Assembly: GCA_039591655.1 (NCBI GenBank)
Contig: JBDHDE010000001.1
Coordinates: 1-64,000 of the forward strand
Length of the DNA stretch: 64,000 bases
From: Gemmatimonadota bacterium
GTDB taxonomy: Bacteria > Gemmatimonadota > Gemmatimonadetes > Gemmatimonadales > GWC2-71-9
Reading direction: 5' to 3'
Notes under the pieces: model-generated
Databases searched by the model: none
What the model was told of the DNA's origin: nothing
What the model saw: only the letters and a program-made list of their open reading frames with translations
Translations under genes and position numbers: made by a program
Part shown: one piece after another, positions 40,168 through 50,196 of the stretch
Layout: each line of letters begins with the position of its first letter
Numbering within the stretch: position 1 is the stretch's first letter

Positions 40168-41796
40168 ATGCTGTGCGTCCACTGCTCCACACCGGTACCG
40201 GACAGTGCGGCCTACTGTCCCACGTGTGGGTCCCAGGTCTCCGCCACGGGGCTGGACTCGGACGCGCCCGACGGCCTGGACACCGGTTCCCTCAAGCACA
40301 TCGAGCAACTGCTTCACGAAGACACCGCCGACGAGTTCCGCATCGAGGGCATGCTAGGCCGGGGCGGCATGGCCGTGGTGTACCTGGCCACCGAGGTGCG
40401 GCTGGCCCGCAAGGTCGCCATCAAGGTGCTGCCACCGGAGCTCACGTACGGGCACGGGATCCAGCGCTTCGAGCGGGAGGCGCGGTTGGTGGCGAACCTC
40501 GAGCACCCCAACATCGTACCCATCTACCGGATCAGCTCCGGCGAGCAGCTCTTCTGGTACGCCATGCAGTTTCTGGAGGGGCGCTCTCTGGACGACGTGC
40601 TGCATGAAAAGGGACGCTTCTCCCTGGAGGAGACGATCCCGATCCTGGAGCAGGTGGCAGAGGCACTGGATTACGCTCATGAGCGACAGGTGATCCACCG
40701 CGACATCAAGCCATCCAATGTGATGCTGGACGCCAAGGGTCGCGTGGTGGTCACCGACTTCGGGATCGCGAAGGCCCGCAGCGAGGGTACGCTCACGGCC
40801 TCGGGCTCGGTCGTGGGGACACCCTACTACATGTCCCCCGAGCAGGGGATGGGCAAACCGGTCACCGGGGCGTCGGATCAGTACTCGGTAGCGGTCATGG
40901 CGTACCGCATGCTCTCGGGACAGGTACCGTTCGAGGGCGACTCGGCCGTCGAGATCGTGCACAAGCACTGCACGATGCCGCCTACGCCCCTCGACATCCT
41001 GGCGGCGGGAGTGCCGCCACACGCGGTGCGGGCGGTGCACAAGGCGTTGGAGAAGAAACCGCACGACCGACTTCCCAGTGTGGGCGCCTTCGTCGATGCA
41101 CTGCGACGCTCCACGCGGGAGACGGCCGCGAGTGCAGCGCCCACGGTGCGGACGCCGCCGTCGCGGCAGCCGGTGGGAAAGACCGAGATCAGCCGGGCGA
41201 AGACACAGGTCGTCGGGACGTCCCCCAGGCGCACCGGGCGGCGCACGTGGGCCGCCATCGGCTTCGTCGCCGTCGTCGCCATTCTGGGCACGTGGTTGAT
41301 GACCAGGGGTGGGACGCCCGCCGTCACGGACGGGAGCACGGAGAGCACACCGGGTGAGGCTGCTGCGAGTCAGCCTGCAGTCGAGCCCAGCCCCGCAGTG
41401 GTTCAGCCGCTCGGCGCCCCTCCCGCCGAGGCCGCCGCCGCGGCGGCGGATCTGGACGCTGAGCCGGGCCCGCCGGAGCCGGATCCGATCGCCGCTCGAG
41501 GCCAGGCCGGTGAGACTGATCTACCGGACCGGGCTGCGCCGGCTGCCGCCGAAACCGCAGCGGCCACGCCCGGTGGCACGGGCATAGTGAGCGTCACGGG
41601 ACTTCCTGCGGGCGGCATGGTCTCGGTGGACGGGCGGCGGCAGCTGGGGACGACCTTCCAACTCGCGGCCGGAGTGCACGTGATACGGATGGCGGCGCGG
41701 GGCTACGTGCGGATGGACACCACTGTGACGGTCGCTGCGGGCCAGACAATCACCATTCAGTTCAACGCGCGCCCGTTGCCGTTCGGGGGCGCTTGA
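40168..41796 (+). CDS. Hanks-type Ser/Thr protein kinase (zinc ribbon-kinase-TM-PEGA-like)
   Basis: CVHC..CPTC, LGRGGMAVV, VAIK, HRDIKPSN, DFGIA, GTPYYMSPEQ, TM, low-complexity linker, PEGA-like tail. Confidence 0.95.
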   Translation: MLCVHCSTPVPDSAAYCPTCGSQVSATGLDSDAPDGLDTGSLKHIEQLLHEDTADEFRIEGMLGRGGMAVVYLATEVRLARKVAIKVLPPELTYGHGIQRFEREARLVANLEHPNIVPIYRISSGEQLFWYAMQFLEGRSLDDVLHEKGRFSLEETIPILEQVAEALDYAHERQVIHRDIKPSNVMLDAKGRVVVTDFGIAKARSEGTLTASGSVVGTPYYMSPEQGMGKPVTGASDQYSVAVMAYRMLSGQVPFEGDSAVEIVHKHCTMPPTPLDILAAGVPPHAVRAVHKALEKKPHDRLPSVGAFVDALRRSTRETAASAAPTVRTPPSRQPVGKTEISRAKTQVVGTSPRRTGRRTWAAIGFVAVVAILGTWLMTRGGTPAVTDGSTESTPGEAAASQPAVEPSPAVVQPLGAPPAEAAAAAADLDAEPGPPEPDPIAARGQAGETDLPDRAAPAAAETAAATPGGTGIVSVTGLPAGGMVSVDGRRQLGTTFQLAAGVHVIRMAARGYVRMDTTVTVAAGQTITIQFNARPLPFGGA

Positions 41797-41812
41797 CGCC
41801 GCTGCTGCCCGT

Positions 41813-44662
41813 CTACCGCTCCCTCTCCCACCGCAGCATTGTCTCCGCCCCGGGTCGACCCGGCACGGCCCTCGGCTCTTCCCTACCTGCACGATCCACC
41901 ACGTAGACCGAGTCCCCCTCCACCCGCGCGGCCACCCACGCACCATCGGGTGACCACACGGGGCCACCGCTAATGGGTGCGGGAAGCCGTACCCTGACCG
42001 GTACGCTGCCCGGCGCTGCATCACCCAAAGCGAGCGCGCTGCCCTCCGTCACGCATGCCAGGCGGCCGCCGTCACCGGACCACGACACGGCGAAGGGGCC
42101 TGTGCACCAGTCGATCCGCCCAAGCACCCCTCGCTCGACGCTGAGCAGCACCACTTCGGGGCCTGTCACTCCCTGGCGCACGGCCAGTAGGCGGTCCCCC
42201 CCCGGCGAGATCGAGGTGGCGTTCGCGTCGTAGGCGCCGGCGACACGCAGCGGGTCGGTGGAAGAGCCGGCCAACGATCCGGGGAAGACCGGCTCGAAGA
42301 CAGTCACGGAGTCCACACCCAGCGCCCAGGCATTGCCCGTCTCGGCGGCAAACGGTATGGCTGCCGCCGGCTCCGCGCTCGTTTCCCCACCCAGGCCGGC
42401 CAGCACGGCCCGGATGATGGCGAACGCCGCCACGGCCGCCGCCGCACTGGCAGCGGGAATCCCGTAACGCCTCCAGCCCGACCGTTGCCCTGCGCGAGCG
42501 TGCAGCCAGCTGCGGGGTGAGCGCTTCCCCTTCAACATCGGTGCGAGCCGCGCCTGCAGTTCGGAATGGGCTGCCTCCGGCATGGCGTTGAGCACCGCCT
42601 GCAGCGTCTCCCGCGCAGACTCATGTCCCGACGTCTGTGCGGCGGCCGCGGCGGCGCGGGCTGCGTTCACAGCCGCCCGGTCGATGTCTCCACCGGCAGC
42701 CGCGTGATGGGCTGCCACTGACCACTCGGCGGAGCGCCCCAACCGGGCGCTCTGCTCGGCCAACTCCATGGCCCGCTGGTGGAACCGCCGTGCCTCGGTG
42801 TGCGGTACCCGCTGCAGGGCCGCTGCGGCGAGCTCGTCGTGCAGCGCGGCCGGCATCCCGCGCTGTCGCGCGATGAGGCGACGCCGCTCCAGGGCGTTGA
42901 GCGCCGCGCGGACAGCTTCCATTTCCAATCCGGTGAGGTAGGCGAGATCCTGTACCGAGGTCTCACGCTCGCGCACCGCCAGCGCGGCGAAGACCTGGAG
43001 GGGTCTATCGCCCAAGACCTCCAAGCGCTTCTGCAGGATGGCACCGGTGGATTCGGGTACCGGCAGGGGCTGGGCCGGGTCCTGCAGGCGCTCACTGAAC
43101 CGCCAGACGCCATCCTCGACCTGGAGCTCGCCCTCGTCGTACAGGGCCTTGAGCAGCTCCAGCACGTAGAACGGCACACCCGCCGTCTGCTTGGCCACCC
43201 GCTCGGCCAGCCGGTTGCCGGACTCCCCTTCCGGCAGCGTGGCGATGGACCCGATGAAGTGCCGCACGTCGGTGCCGTCCAGCGGCGCGAGCCCGACTTC
43301 GGCCACCACACCGCCACCGGTGAGATCCCGTAGCGCGCGGCCGGTCTCGGGCACACGGGCCACGTCCCGGGCCGTCACCAGGACCAGCAGATGGGTCGAC
43401 TGCGCGCGGCGGGCGAGGCGGTGCACGAATTCGAGGGTCGCGGTGGTCGCCCGGTCCAGGTCCTCGATGATGAGGGCGAGGGGCAGCTCCCCTGCGATGG
43501 CCGCATAGGCGTCCAGCAGTGACGCCGACAGCGCCTCCCTAGGAATGGGTGCCGGCCGGGGGGTGACCGTACCGGTGAACCGGCTGGCGATCTCCGGTAT
43601 GAACGCCCCCAGCACTTCCAGGGACGACGGTGACGCGGCCCCGAGACCCGGCGCGGCCTGGGCCTCCCTCAGCATCTCGAGGAACGGCGCCAGGGGATCG
43701 GACTGCTCCACCGTGTGGCAGGCGGACTTGAGTACGAGGCAGGGGTCGTGCTGGAAGCGACGCTCCAGATCCCGGGCCAGCCGCGTCTTGCCGATGCCCG
43801 CCTCGCCGGAGATCAACACGGCTCCTCCCTCCCCGCCGACGGCGTTGCGCCAGCGGTCCACCACCGCTCGGAACTCCGCGGCCCGCCCCACCAGCTCCGG
43901 ATGCCGCGGGAAGCCCCGGGACTGCCGGCGGTCGGGCACGGCAGTGGGGGAGATGGCCCGGGCAAGAGCGGTCGCCACGACCGCGGGGATCCGTTCTCCA
44001 TGGATCTCCACTGCCACGCGGCGCACTTCCTCGGCCGCCGCTTGGGCGCGCACCTCGTCGCCCGCCAGGGCCAGCAGCTCCACCATCTTGATCCGCGGCT
44101 CGAGGTCGTAGGGATCCCGCTCGATGAGCCGAGCCGAGTACTGGGCGGCATCCGTCCAATTCCCGCCGTCCACCGCCATCGCCACCAGGCTCCTCAGGAG
44201 CTGGCGCCACTCGGCCGCCAACTGCTGGCGCATGCCCTCAGCCCATTGCTCGAACTCCCGTGCCCCCGAGAGCGCGACGTTGGAGAGGAAGTCCGTCTCG
44301 TACACCAGATACGCCTCGCTCAAGCGTCCGCCGGCGAGGTGCGTCCGAAACGTCTCCACGTCGAACGCGAGCAGGTCCTTGCGGAGTGCCAACACCTCGT
44401 CGCCGCTCAGCAGGTCGCGATCGGTGCCGTGGCGAATCTGATAGACCACCTGCCGCAGAGCCTGGCGCGCGTCGTGCGGCGAGGAACCCTCCCACAGGAG
44501 CCCGATCAGCTCCTCTCTGGTGGCACGAGCCTGAGGTCGGGAGGCCAGGTAGATGAGGACTGCGAGCTGCTTGGAGAAGCGCAGCCGCTCCTCGGCATCG
44601 GTGCCCTCTCCGAGGGTGAGGCCGGGGGTGCGGGCGAGAGTGCGGAGGTGGAATCGGGCCAT
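41813..44662 (-). CDS. SARP-like regulator: winged helix-BTAD-AAA ATPase-TM-TolB-like propeller
   Basis: ATREELIGLLW..ARQALRQ, EFEQW, LVGRAAEF, GEAGIGKTRL, IIEDLD, GVPFYVLELL, TM, SPGGD/WSGDG/WSPDG repeats. Confidence 0.85.
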   Translation of the reverse strand: MARFHLRTLARTPGLTLGEGTDAEERLRFSKQLAVLIYLASRPQARATREELIGLLWEGSSPHDARQALRQVVYQIRHGTDRDLLSGDEVLALRKDLLAFDVETFRTHLAGGRLSEAYLVYETDFLSNVALSGAREFEQWAEGMRQQLAAEWRQLLRSLVAMAVDGGNWTDAAQYSARLIERDPYDLEPRIKMVELLALAGDEVRAQAAAEEVRRVAVEIHGERIPAVVATALARAISPTAVPDRRQSRGFPRHPELVGRAAEFRAVVDRWRNAVGGEGGAVLISGEAGIGKTRLARDLERRFQHDPCLVLKSACHTVEQSDPLAPFLEMLREAQAAPGLGAASPSSLEVLGAFIPEIASRFTGTVTPRPAPIPREALSASLLDAYAAIAGELPLALIIEDLDRATTATLEFVHRLARRAQSTHLLVLVTARDVARVPETGRALRDLTGGGVVAEVGLAPLDGTDVRHFIGSIATLPEGESGNRLAERVAKQTAGVPFYVLELLKALYDEGELQVEDGVWRFSERLQDPAQPLPVPESTGAILQKRLEVLGDRPLQVFAALAVRERETSVQDLAYLTGLEMEAVRAALNALERRRLIARQRGMPAALHDELAAAALQRVPHTEARRFHQRAMELAEQSARLGRSAEWSVAAHHAAAGGDIDRAAVNAARAAAAAAQTSGHESARETLQAVLNAMPEAAHSELQARLAPMLKGKRSPRSWLHARAGQRSGWRRYGIPAASAAAAVAAFAIIRAVLAGLGGETSAEPAAAIPFAAETGNAWALGVDSVTVFEPVFPGSLAGSSTDPLRVAGAYDANATSISPGGDRLLAVRQGVTGPEVVLLSVERGVLGRIDWCTGPFAVSWSGDGGRLACVTEGSALALGDAAPGSVPVRVRLPAPISGGPVWSPDGAWVAARVEGDSVYVVDRAGREEPRAVPGRPGAETMLRWERER

Positions 44663-44836
44663 GGTGTTATCGGAAAGGTGTGACGTCCGGCAGCGGGGTC
44701 AAGTGACGGCCGACACCACGTCAGCAAGGCGTTATTGCGCAACGAGATCACGCCCCTCTCACGAGCTTTTCGTAGCAAGAGACAGGCCCAAAGAGTGGCG
44801 AGTCTTGTGGAGAAGCCGAGGGCGAGAGGCACACCC

Positions 44837-45070
44837 GTGAGGCGTCCGCGTTGGCGGATGGTCGCCGGCGGGGTGTGCCTGACCCTGGTGGGCGCGGCTG
44901 CCGGGTGTGCCACCGGTGGCCAGTCCGGCCCGTGGGAGCGCCGCGCCCAGCTCGACTGCCCTAACGGCACGGTTGCGGTCACCGACACCGTGATCGTGAC
45001 GGGTGTCGACGGGAACCGGGCGCTCCTGGAGCGCCGCCAGTTCGAGTGTGCCCGGCCAGCACGCCCCTGA
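44837..45070 (+). CDS. Small hypothetical lipoprotein
   Basis: GTG with GAGAGG upstream, basic-hydrophobic signal, lipobox AAGC, two further Cys. Confidence 0.6.
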   Translation: MRRPRWRMVAGGVCLTLVGAAAGCATGGQSGPWERRAQLDCPNGTVAVTDTVIVTGVDGNRALLERRQFECARPARP

Positions 45071-45140
45071 TGGGCGAGGATCGGCTGGAGCACCCGGAGG
45101 CAGCAGCTCCCCGCGATAAGCAACCCCCTCCGGCTGTGAG

Positions 45141-45178
45141 AAAACGGCGGCGGGCCCCGCTTGGGGGCCCGCCGCCGT
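45141..45178 (-). terminator. Intrinsic terminator after rpmA (possibly bidirectional)
   Basis: 15-bp stem ACGGCGGCGGGCCCC/GGGGCCCGCCGCCGT with a U-tract on the minus strand. Confidence 0.8.
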
Positions 45179-45202
45179 CTCTTGCTCGCTTCCGGGCGCC
45201 TA

Positions 45203-45469
45203 CTACGCCACGGCCTCCAGCGGATAGACGCTCACCTGCTGGCGCTTCTTGCTCTTGTGCTCGAACCTGACGACGCCGTCGACCAGGGCGAAGAGCGTGT
45301 CGTCGCTCGCCCGCCGCACGTTCGTGCCCGGGTGGAACTTGGTACCGCGCTGCCGCACCAGGATGTTGCCCGCCCGCACCACCTGGCCCCCGTAGCGCTT
45401 CACACCCAGGAACTTGGGTTGTGAGTCGCGGCCGTTGCGGCTGGAGCCGACACCCTTCTTGTGAGCCAT
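45203..45469 (-). CDS. rpmA: 50S ribosomal protein L27
   Basis: [31 protein letters not shown]. Confidence 0.99.
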   Translation of the reverse strand: MAHKKGVGSSRNGRDSQPKFLGVKRYGGQVVRAGNILVRQRGTKFHPGTNVRRASDDTLFALVDGVVRFEHKSKKRQQVSVYPLEAVA

Positions 45470-45473
45470 ATCG

Positions 45474-45791
45474 CTACCCGAGCTTCAGATCGGTGATCTT
45501 GATTTCCGTGAACTGCTGTCGGTGACCGGTCTTGCGGCGGTAGTTCTTGCGCCGCTTGAACCGGAAGACGAAGATCTTGTCTCCCCGACCGTGACGGACG
45601 ATCTGGCCCACCACCTTGGCACCCTTCAGTGTGGGCTGGCCGGCCGTCACCTTCTTGCCGTCACTCGAGAGCAAGACCTCGCCGAATGTCACCTTGGCAC
45701 CGGGCTCTCCCTCCAACTTGGGAACCCGCATCGTGGCACCCTTCTCGGCGCGAAACTGCTGCCCGGCGGCCTTGAAGATCGCGTATGACAT
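45474..45791 (-). CDS. rplU: 50S ribosomal protein L21
   Basis: [30 protein letters not shown]. Confidence 0.98.
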   Translation of the reverse strand: MSYAIFKAAGQQFRAEKGATMRVPKLEGEPGAKVTFGEVLLSSDGKKVTAGQPTLKGAKVVGQIVRHGRGDKIFVFRFKRRKNYRRKTGHRQQFTEIKITDLKLG

Positions 45792-45799
45792 AGGCGGTA

Positions 45800-45828
45800 A
45801 GCCTACCTAGGACAGGGGGTTGGGTCAA
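45800..45828 (-). promoter_or_regulatory. Sigma70-type promoter of rplU-rpmA, leaderless geometry
   Basis: TTGACC-N17-TAGGCT, 8 nt before the ATG. Confidence 0.7.
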
Positions 45829-45890
45829 GTAGCACCGCCGGATGGCTTGGCTTTCTGCAGTTCGCGGCGGTGAGGCCCACCCCCGAGCGA

Positions 45891-47420
45891 CTAGGCCACC
45901 GCGTACCGCTCTGTCACGTCCCGCCCTGCCGGCTGCGCAACCAGCCGGAACTCATCGATCCGGGTGATGGGATCATCGCGCAGCTCCAGGGCGATACCCG
46001 TCTCCCGTGACAGCACGTCGAAGAACTCCGGTTCCTGCTCTACGAGATAGAGCGCCACCTCAGGGTGCAACCGCACCGTGATCCGCTGCTGGCCGCCATC
46101 GGCTGCGGCTCGTGCCAGGGAGCGCTCCAGTCGCCGGGCCACCACTTCGGGCCGGAAGACCTTCCCTATGCCGCCGCAGGAGGGACAGTTGGAGGCCATC
46201 GTATCCCAGAGGGACGGGCGCACCCGCTGCCGCGTCATCTCGATGAGCCCCAGCTGGGAGACCTGGAAGGCCCTTGTCCGGGCCCGGTCCCGCCCCAAGT
46301 GGGTGCGCAGCTCATGCAGCACCTTGTCGCGATTTGCCTGTGACTCCATGTCGATGAAATCGATAACGATGATGCCTCCGAGGTCCCGCAGCCGCACCTG
46401 GCGCGCGATCTCACGCGCCGCCTCGAGGTTGGTGCGTAGGATCGTCTTCTCGGGGTCCTGCTTCCCGGTGTAGCGACCCGTGTTCACGTCGATGGAGACC
46501 AGCGCCTCGGTCGGCTCGATGATGAGGTAGCCCCCGGTGGGCAACTCCACCCGGTTGTGGAACAGATCGCGGATCTCGGTCTCGAGGTCGTACTTGTCGA
46601 ACAGCGTAGCGGACTGCTTGTGCAGCGTGACCCGTTTAATGAGCTCCGGCTCGACGTTTCTCAGATACCGCCGAATCTCCTCGTGGACCTCCTTTGAGTC
46701 CACGATTACCCGATCCACTTTGTCGCTCAGCAGGTCGCGGACGATGCCGCTGGTGAGCGACGTTTCCCGGTGAACGAGCGCGGGGACCCGCAGGCGCATG
46801 AAGTGCGCCTTGCGCTTGATCTTCTTCCAAAGGCTGCCGAGGGACTTGAGTTCGCGCTTGACCTGCCCCTCGGTGAGGTCCTCCGCCACCGTGCGGACGA
46901 TGATGCCGCCGATGTCCTTGGGCGTCAGCCGTCCCAGCATCTCTCGCAGCCGAGCCCGCTCCTCGCGGCTCTCGATCTTGCGGCTCACACCTATCCTCGA
47001 TGCGAACGGCATGTAGACCAGGAACCGTCCGGCAAGGGAGATCTGCCGGCTCACGCGGGGGCCCTTGGTGCCGATGGGCTCCTTGGTCACCTGCACCAGG
47101 ATCGACTGTCCCCTGGTGACGTGGTCCTGAATGTTCGGAAGACCGCGGTTGTTGCGTGCGGAGCGCGCGTCATCCTCCTCCGCGTCCTCATCCGGTTCGA
47201 CGAGGTCGGAGGCATGAAGGAAAGCGCTTTTTTCGAGGCCGATGTCGACGAAGGCCGCTTGCATTCCCGGCAAGACCGCGTCGACCTTGCCGAGGTAGAT
47301 GTTACCTACGGAGCGGCGAATCTCCGGGCGATCATGAAGGAGCTCGACGAGACGGTCGTCCTCCAGAATGGCCACACGCGTCTCGCGCGGGCCAGCGTTG
47401 ATGAGAATCTCGCGTTTCAA
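45891..47420 (-). CDS. rng: Ribonuclease G/E family (Rne/Rng, catalytic domain only)
   Basis: GNIYLGKV..VLPGMQAAFVDIG, QVTKEPIGTKGPR, IDVNTG, LRDLGGIIVIDFIDM, CPSCGG. TTG start at 47420. Confidence 0.95.
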   Translation of the reverse strand: MKREILINAGPRETRVAILEDDRLVELLHDRPEIRRSVGNIYLGKVDAVLPGMQAAFVDIGLEKSAFLHASDLVEPDEDAEEDDARSARNNRGLPNIQDHVTRGQSILVQVTKEPIGTKGPRVSRQISLAGRFLVYMPFASRIGVSRKIESREERARLREMLGRLTPKDIGGIIVRTVAEDLTEGQVKRELKSLGSLWKKIKRKAHFMRLRVPALVHRETSLTSGIVRDLLSDKVDRVIVDSKEVHEEIRRYLRNVEPELIKRVTLHKQSATLFDKYDLETEIRDLFHNRVELPTGGYLIIEPTEALVSIDVNTGRYTGKQDPEKTILRTNLEAAREIARQVRLRDLGGIIVIDFIDMESQANRDKVLHELRTHLGRDRARTRAFQVSQLGLIEMTRQRVRPSLWDTMASNCPSCGGIGKVFRPEVVARRLERSLARAAADGGQQRITVRLHPEVALYLVEQEPEFFDVLSRETGIALELRDDPITRIDEFRLVAQPAGRDVTERYAVA

Positions 47421-47658
47421 CTTCCCCTGCCCTGGCTCTCGCAACCGGTCGCGGGCCGGAAGAGCTTTCCCCCGCGGCCGTCGCGCCGAGCCTGTGTTCG
47501 TGAAGCAGCGGCGGCACGCCCCCAACGCGGGCGCGCACCGTCGCACTGCCGGTAGTTACCATTGGCGGGCCCCCGAGTGCCGGCGCAGACGTCCCACGCC
47601 TCCCGGCAGCCGGATGCCCATATGGCACGGTCATGCTCGCTTCAAGCATGGTGCCGTA

Positions 47659-47687
47659 AGGATAGACACTATAGGGAGTTAGGTCAA
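47659..47687 (-). promoter_or_regulatory. Sigma70-type promoter of rng
   Basis: TTGACC-N17-TATCCT. Confidence 0.7.
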
Positions 47688-47751
47688 TGGGGCCGCGCCC
47701 CCCCTGGCCTACGCATCGTGCGCTGTGTTTCGTTGGTCTTCGGAGGAGAGC

Positions 47752-48291
47752 GTGGAGTCCTTACCCAACGACGGCAGGCTCGCCGATGGCGGCGCCCCGG
47801 CTACCCCGGAGGATCTGCTTCGCCGGCTCCGGGAGCTGGGCATCGAGCCTCAGACCATTGAGCATCCCCCCGTCTTCACGGTGGAGGAGGCCAAGGCCGT
47901 TCGGGGACACATCCCCGGGGCCCACACCAAGAACCTCTTCCTGCGGGACAAGAAGGGCCGGCGCATGTGGTTGGTGACCTGCCTTGCCGACCGCGAGGTG
48001 GATCTGCGGGCGCTTGCGGGGCGCCTGGGCTGCTCCACCCGCCTCTCCTTCGGGAGCGCGCAGCGCTTGATGAAGTACCTGGGCGTCGTTCCGGGCGCGG
48101 TCAGCCCGTTCGCCGTGGTGAACGACAAGGAGCGTGTGGTGCGGGTCGTCGTGGACCGGCGCATGCTGGAGCACGACCCCATCAACTTCCACCCACTGGA
48201 CAACGCCAAGACGACGTCGATCCGGGCGGGAGATTTCCTCAAGTTCCTCGAGGCCGAGGGCCATCCGCCCCAACTGGTCGATTTGGGCTGA
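47752..48291 (+). CDS. ProX/PrdX-type aminoacyl-tRNA editing protein (YbaK superfamily)
   Basis: HPPVFTVEE, HTKNLFLRDKKG, LSFGS, LGVVPGAVSPF, NFHPLDN. GGAGGA SD before GTG 47752. Confidence 0.92.
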   Translation: MESLPNDGRLADGGAPATPEDLLRRLRELGIEPQTIEHPPVFTVEEAKAVRGHIPGAHTKNLFLRDKKGRRMWLVTCLADREVDLRALAGRLGCSTRLSFGSAQRLMKYLGVVPGAVSPFAVVNDKERVVRVVVDRRMLEHDPINFHPLDNAKTTSIRAGDFLKFLEAEGHPPQLVDLG

Positions 48292-48372
48292 TTCCGGGGG
48301 TCACGCGACGCGGCCCCGGAAGTCTCGCGCTCCCGAGGCCGCTCACCGTGCGGACGGCGGGACCTGGCCCGC

Positions 48373-49605
48373 TCAACCCGTCACATCGATCAAATCCCCC
48401 AGCAGCTCCCGGGCAATCACGATACGCAGGATCTCGCTGGTCCCCTCCCCGATCTCCCCCACTTTGGCGTCCCGGATCATCCGCTCCACGGGGTAATCCG
48501 TCGTGTACCCATAGCCGCCGTGAAGTTGCACGGCTTTGGTGGTTGCCCGCGTGGCGAGCTCCGATGCGAAGAGCTTCGCCATGGCTGCTTCCTTCTTGTA
48601 AGGTCTTCCGTTCTGCCTCAGCCACGCCGCGTGGTACACCAAGTGCCGGGCCGCCGCGATCTCCGTGGCCATGTCGGCCAGCTGGAAATGCACACCTTGG
48701 AACGATGCAACGGCGCGACCGAACTGCTTGCGCTCCGTCGTGTACTTGAGAGACTCGTCCAATGCCCCCTGCGCGAGGCCGAGGGAGAGCGCCCCGACGC
48801 CGATCCGCCCGTCGTCCAGTGTCTTCAGGAAGTTGACGAAGCCCTTGCCCCGCTTGCCCAGCATGTTCTCCTTCGGCACAACGGCGTTTTCCAGCATCAG
48901 CTCCCGGGTATCCGAGGCCCGCCAGCCTAGCTTGTCCTCCTTCTTGCCCGCCGTCACGCCGGGTGTCTTGGGCAGGTCCGGCTCGTGCCCGACCCCCACC
49001 TCCTGGCACCGCTCCAGGTCCACCGTGTCCTTCGTGACGATGAACGAGGTGATCCCGGCGTTGCGCTTCGCGGGATTGGGATCGGTCCGGGCGGTGAGGG
49101 AGAAGATCTCCCCGACGCCGGCGTGCGTGATGAGGATCTTAGAGCCGTTGATCACCCAGTGATCGCTCTTCTCTACGGCGCTGGTCTTCGTGCCGCCGGC
49201 ATCCGAACCGGCCTCCGGCTCCGTGAGCCCGAAGCCCCCCAACACCTGGCCGGTAGCCAGGAGCGGCACGTAGCGCTTCTTCTGCTCGTCGTTCCCGAAG
49301 TAGACGATGGGCGAGGTGCCCAGGGTGGTATGCGCCGAGACTGTGATGGCGTGGCTGGTGTCCACGCGCGCGAGCTCCTCGACTACGATGATGTAGGAGA
49401 GGTAATCCATCCCCGCGCCACCCAGCTCCTCCGACCACGGCGCCCCCATGAAGCCCAGCTCCCCCATCTGCTTCACTGTCTCCCAGGGGAACTTCGCCTC
49501 CAGGTCGTGCTCCCGTGCTATCGGGCCGATCTCCCGCTCGGCAAACTCCTTGGCGATTTCGCGGACACGATGATGATCGGCGGTGAGAAAGGGGCTCTCG
49601 CTCAT
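48373..49605 (-). CDS. Acyl-CoA dehydrogenase
   Basis: [49 protein letters not shown]. Confidence 0.96.
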   Translation of the reverse strand: MSESPFLTADHHRVREIAKEFAEREIGPIAREHDLEAKFPWETVKQMGELGFMGAPWSEELGGAGMDYLSYIIVVEELARVDTSHAITVSAHTTLGTSPIVYFGNDEQKKRYVPLLATGQVLGGFGLTEPEAGSDAGGTKTSAVEKSDHWVINGSKILITHAGVGEIFSLTARTDPNPAKRNAGITSFIVTKDTVDLERCQEVGVGHEPDLPKTPGVTAGKKEDKLGWRASDTRELMLENAVVPKENMLGKRGKGFVNFLKTLDDGRIGVGALSLGLAQGALDESLKYTTERKQFGRAVASFQGVHFQLADMATEIAAARHLVYHAAWLRQNGRPYKKEAAMAKLFASELATRATTKAVQLHGGYGYTTDYPVERMIRDAKVGEIGEGTSEILRIVIARELLGDLIDVTG

Positions 49606-50187
49606 CTAATCCCAGCCTTTGGGCGGTGACAGGATCGTCTTCCAGATCACCGCCTGCCGTGCGGTCTTGGGGGTGAGGCGCCGTAAGCTCGCCCGCGGCG
49701 TCTCCCGCTCCGTGGGTTCTTGGGGCGCGTCCACGTAGCGCTTATGGAACAGGTCGTGGTCCCTGCCGCCGTCCGCCTCCAGCGACTCCAGGGATTGCGC
49801 CTCGATGTCGACCTGCCGGGGCGACTGGGCCTCTGCGGCCCACGGCGGCGCGGCCTCCAGCTGGGTCTCTACGGCGGGCTCCGGAAGTTGCGCGCCCAGG
49901 AGCTCGAGGATGTCCCGGGTCAATCCCTCTCGGGTGGGGAGTGGCTGTGGCTCTGCAGGCCGCCGCTCGGGTGGCGCTCCCCGGGACGGCGCTCCGATGG
50001 CGCCTGGCTCGGTCCGCGGCGGATCCCATTCCCGGCGCTCGCGAGTCGGTCTGGTCTCAGGTCGGGGGCGGGGCCGCGGCGGCCTGCCTGCCTGCGCCCC
50101 CGTGCCCGCCCTCTTCTTCCTCCCGCCCGCAAGGAGGGTGAAGAACACGACCGCAAGGAAGATCAGCAGCTCGATGAAGTCTCCCAC
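49606..50187 (-). CDS. YqfB-like membrane protein of the nfeD-floA operon
   Basis: N-terminal TM, disordered middle, C-terminal RQAVIWKTILSPP. Directly follows floA. Confidence 0.65.
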   Translation of the reverse strand: MGDFIELLIFLAVVFFTLLAGGRKKRAGTGAQAGRPPRPRPRPETRPTRERREWDPPRTEPGAIGAPSRGAPPERRPAEPQPLPTREGLTRDILELLGAQLPEPAVETQLEAAPPWAAEAQSPRQVDIEAQSLESLEADGGRDHDLFHKRYVDAPQEPTERETPRASLRRLTPKTARQAVIWKTILSPPKGWD

Positions 50188-50196
50188 AATGCTTCC

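Noticed and set aside
47421..47660. RNase P RNA, SRP RNA or tmRNA in the rng upstream region
   Set aside because: Hallmark sequences (GAGGAAAGTCC, SRP GGAA domain, tRNA-like ends) are absent.
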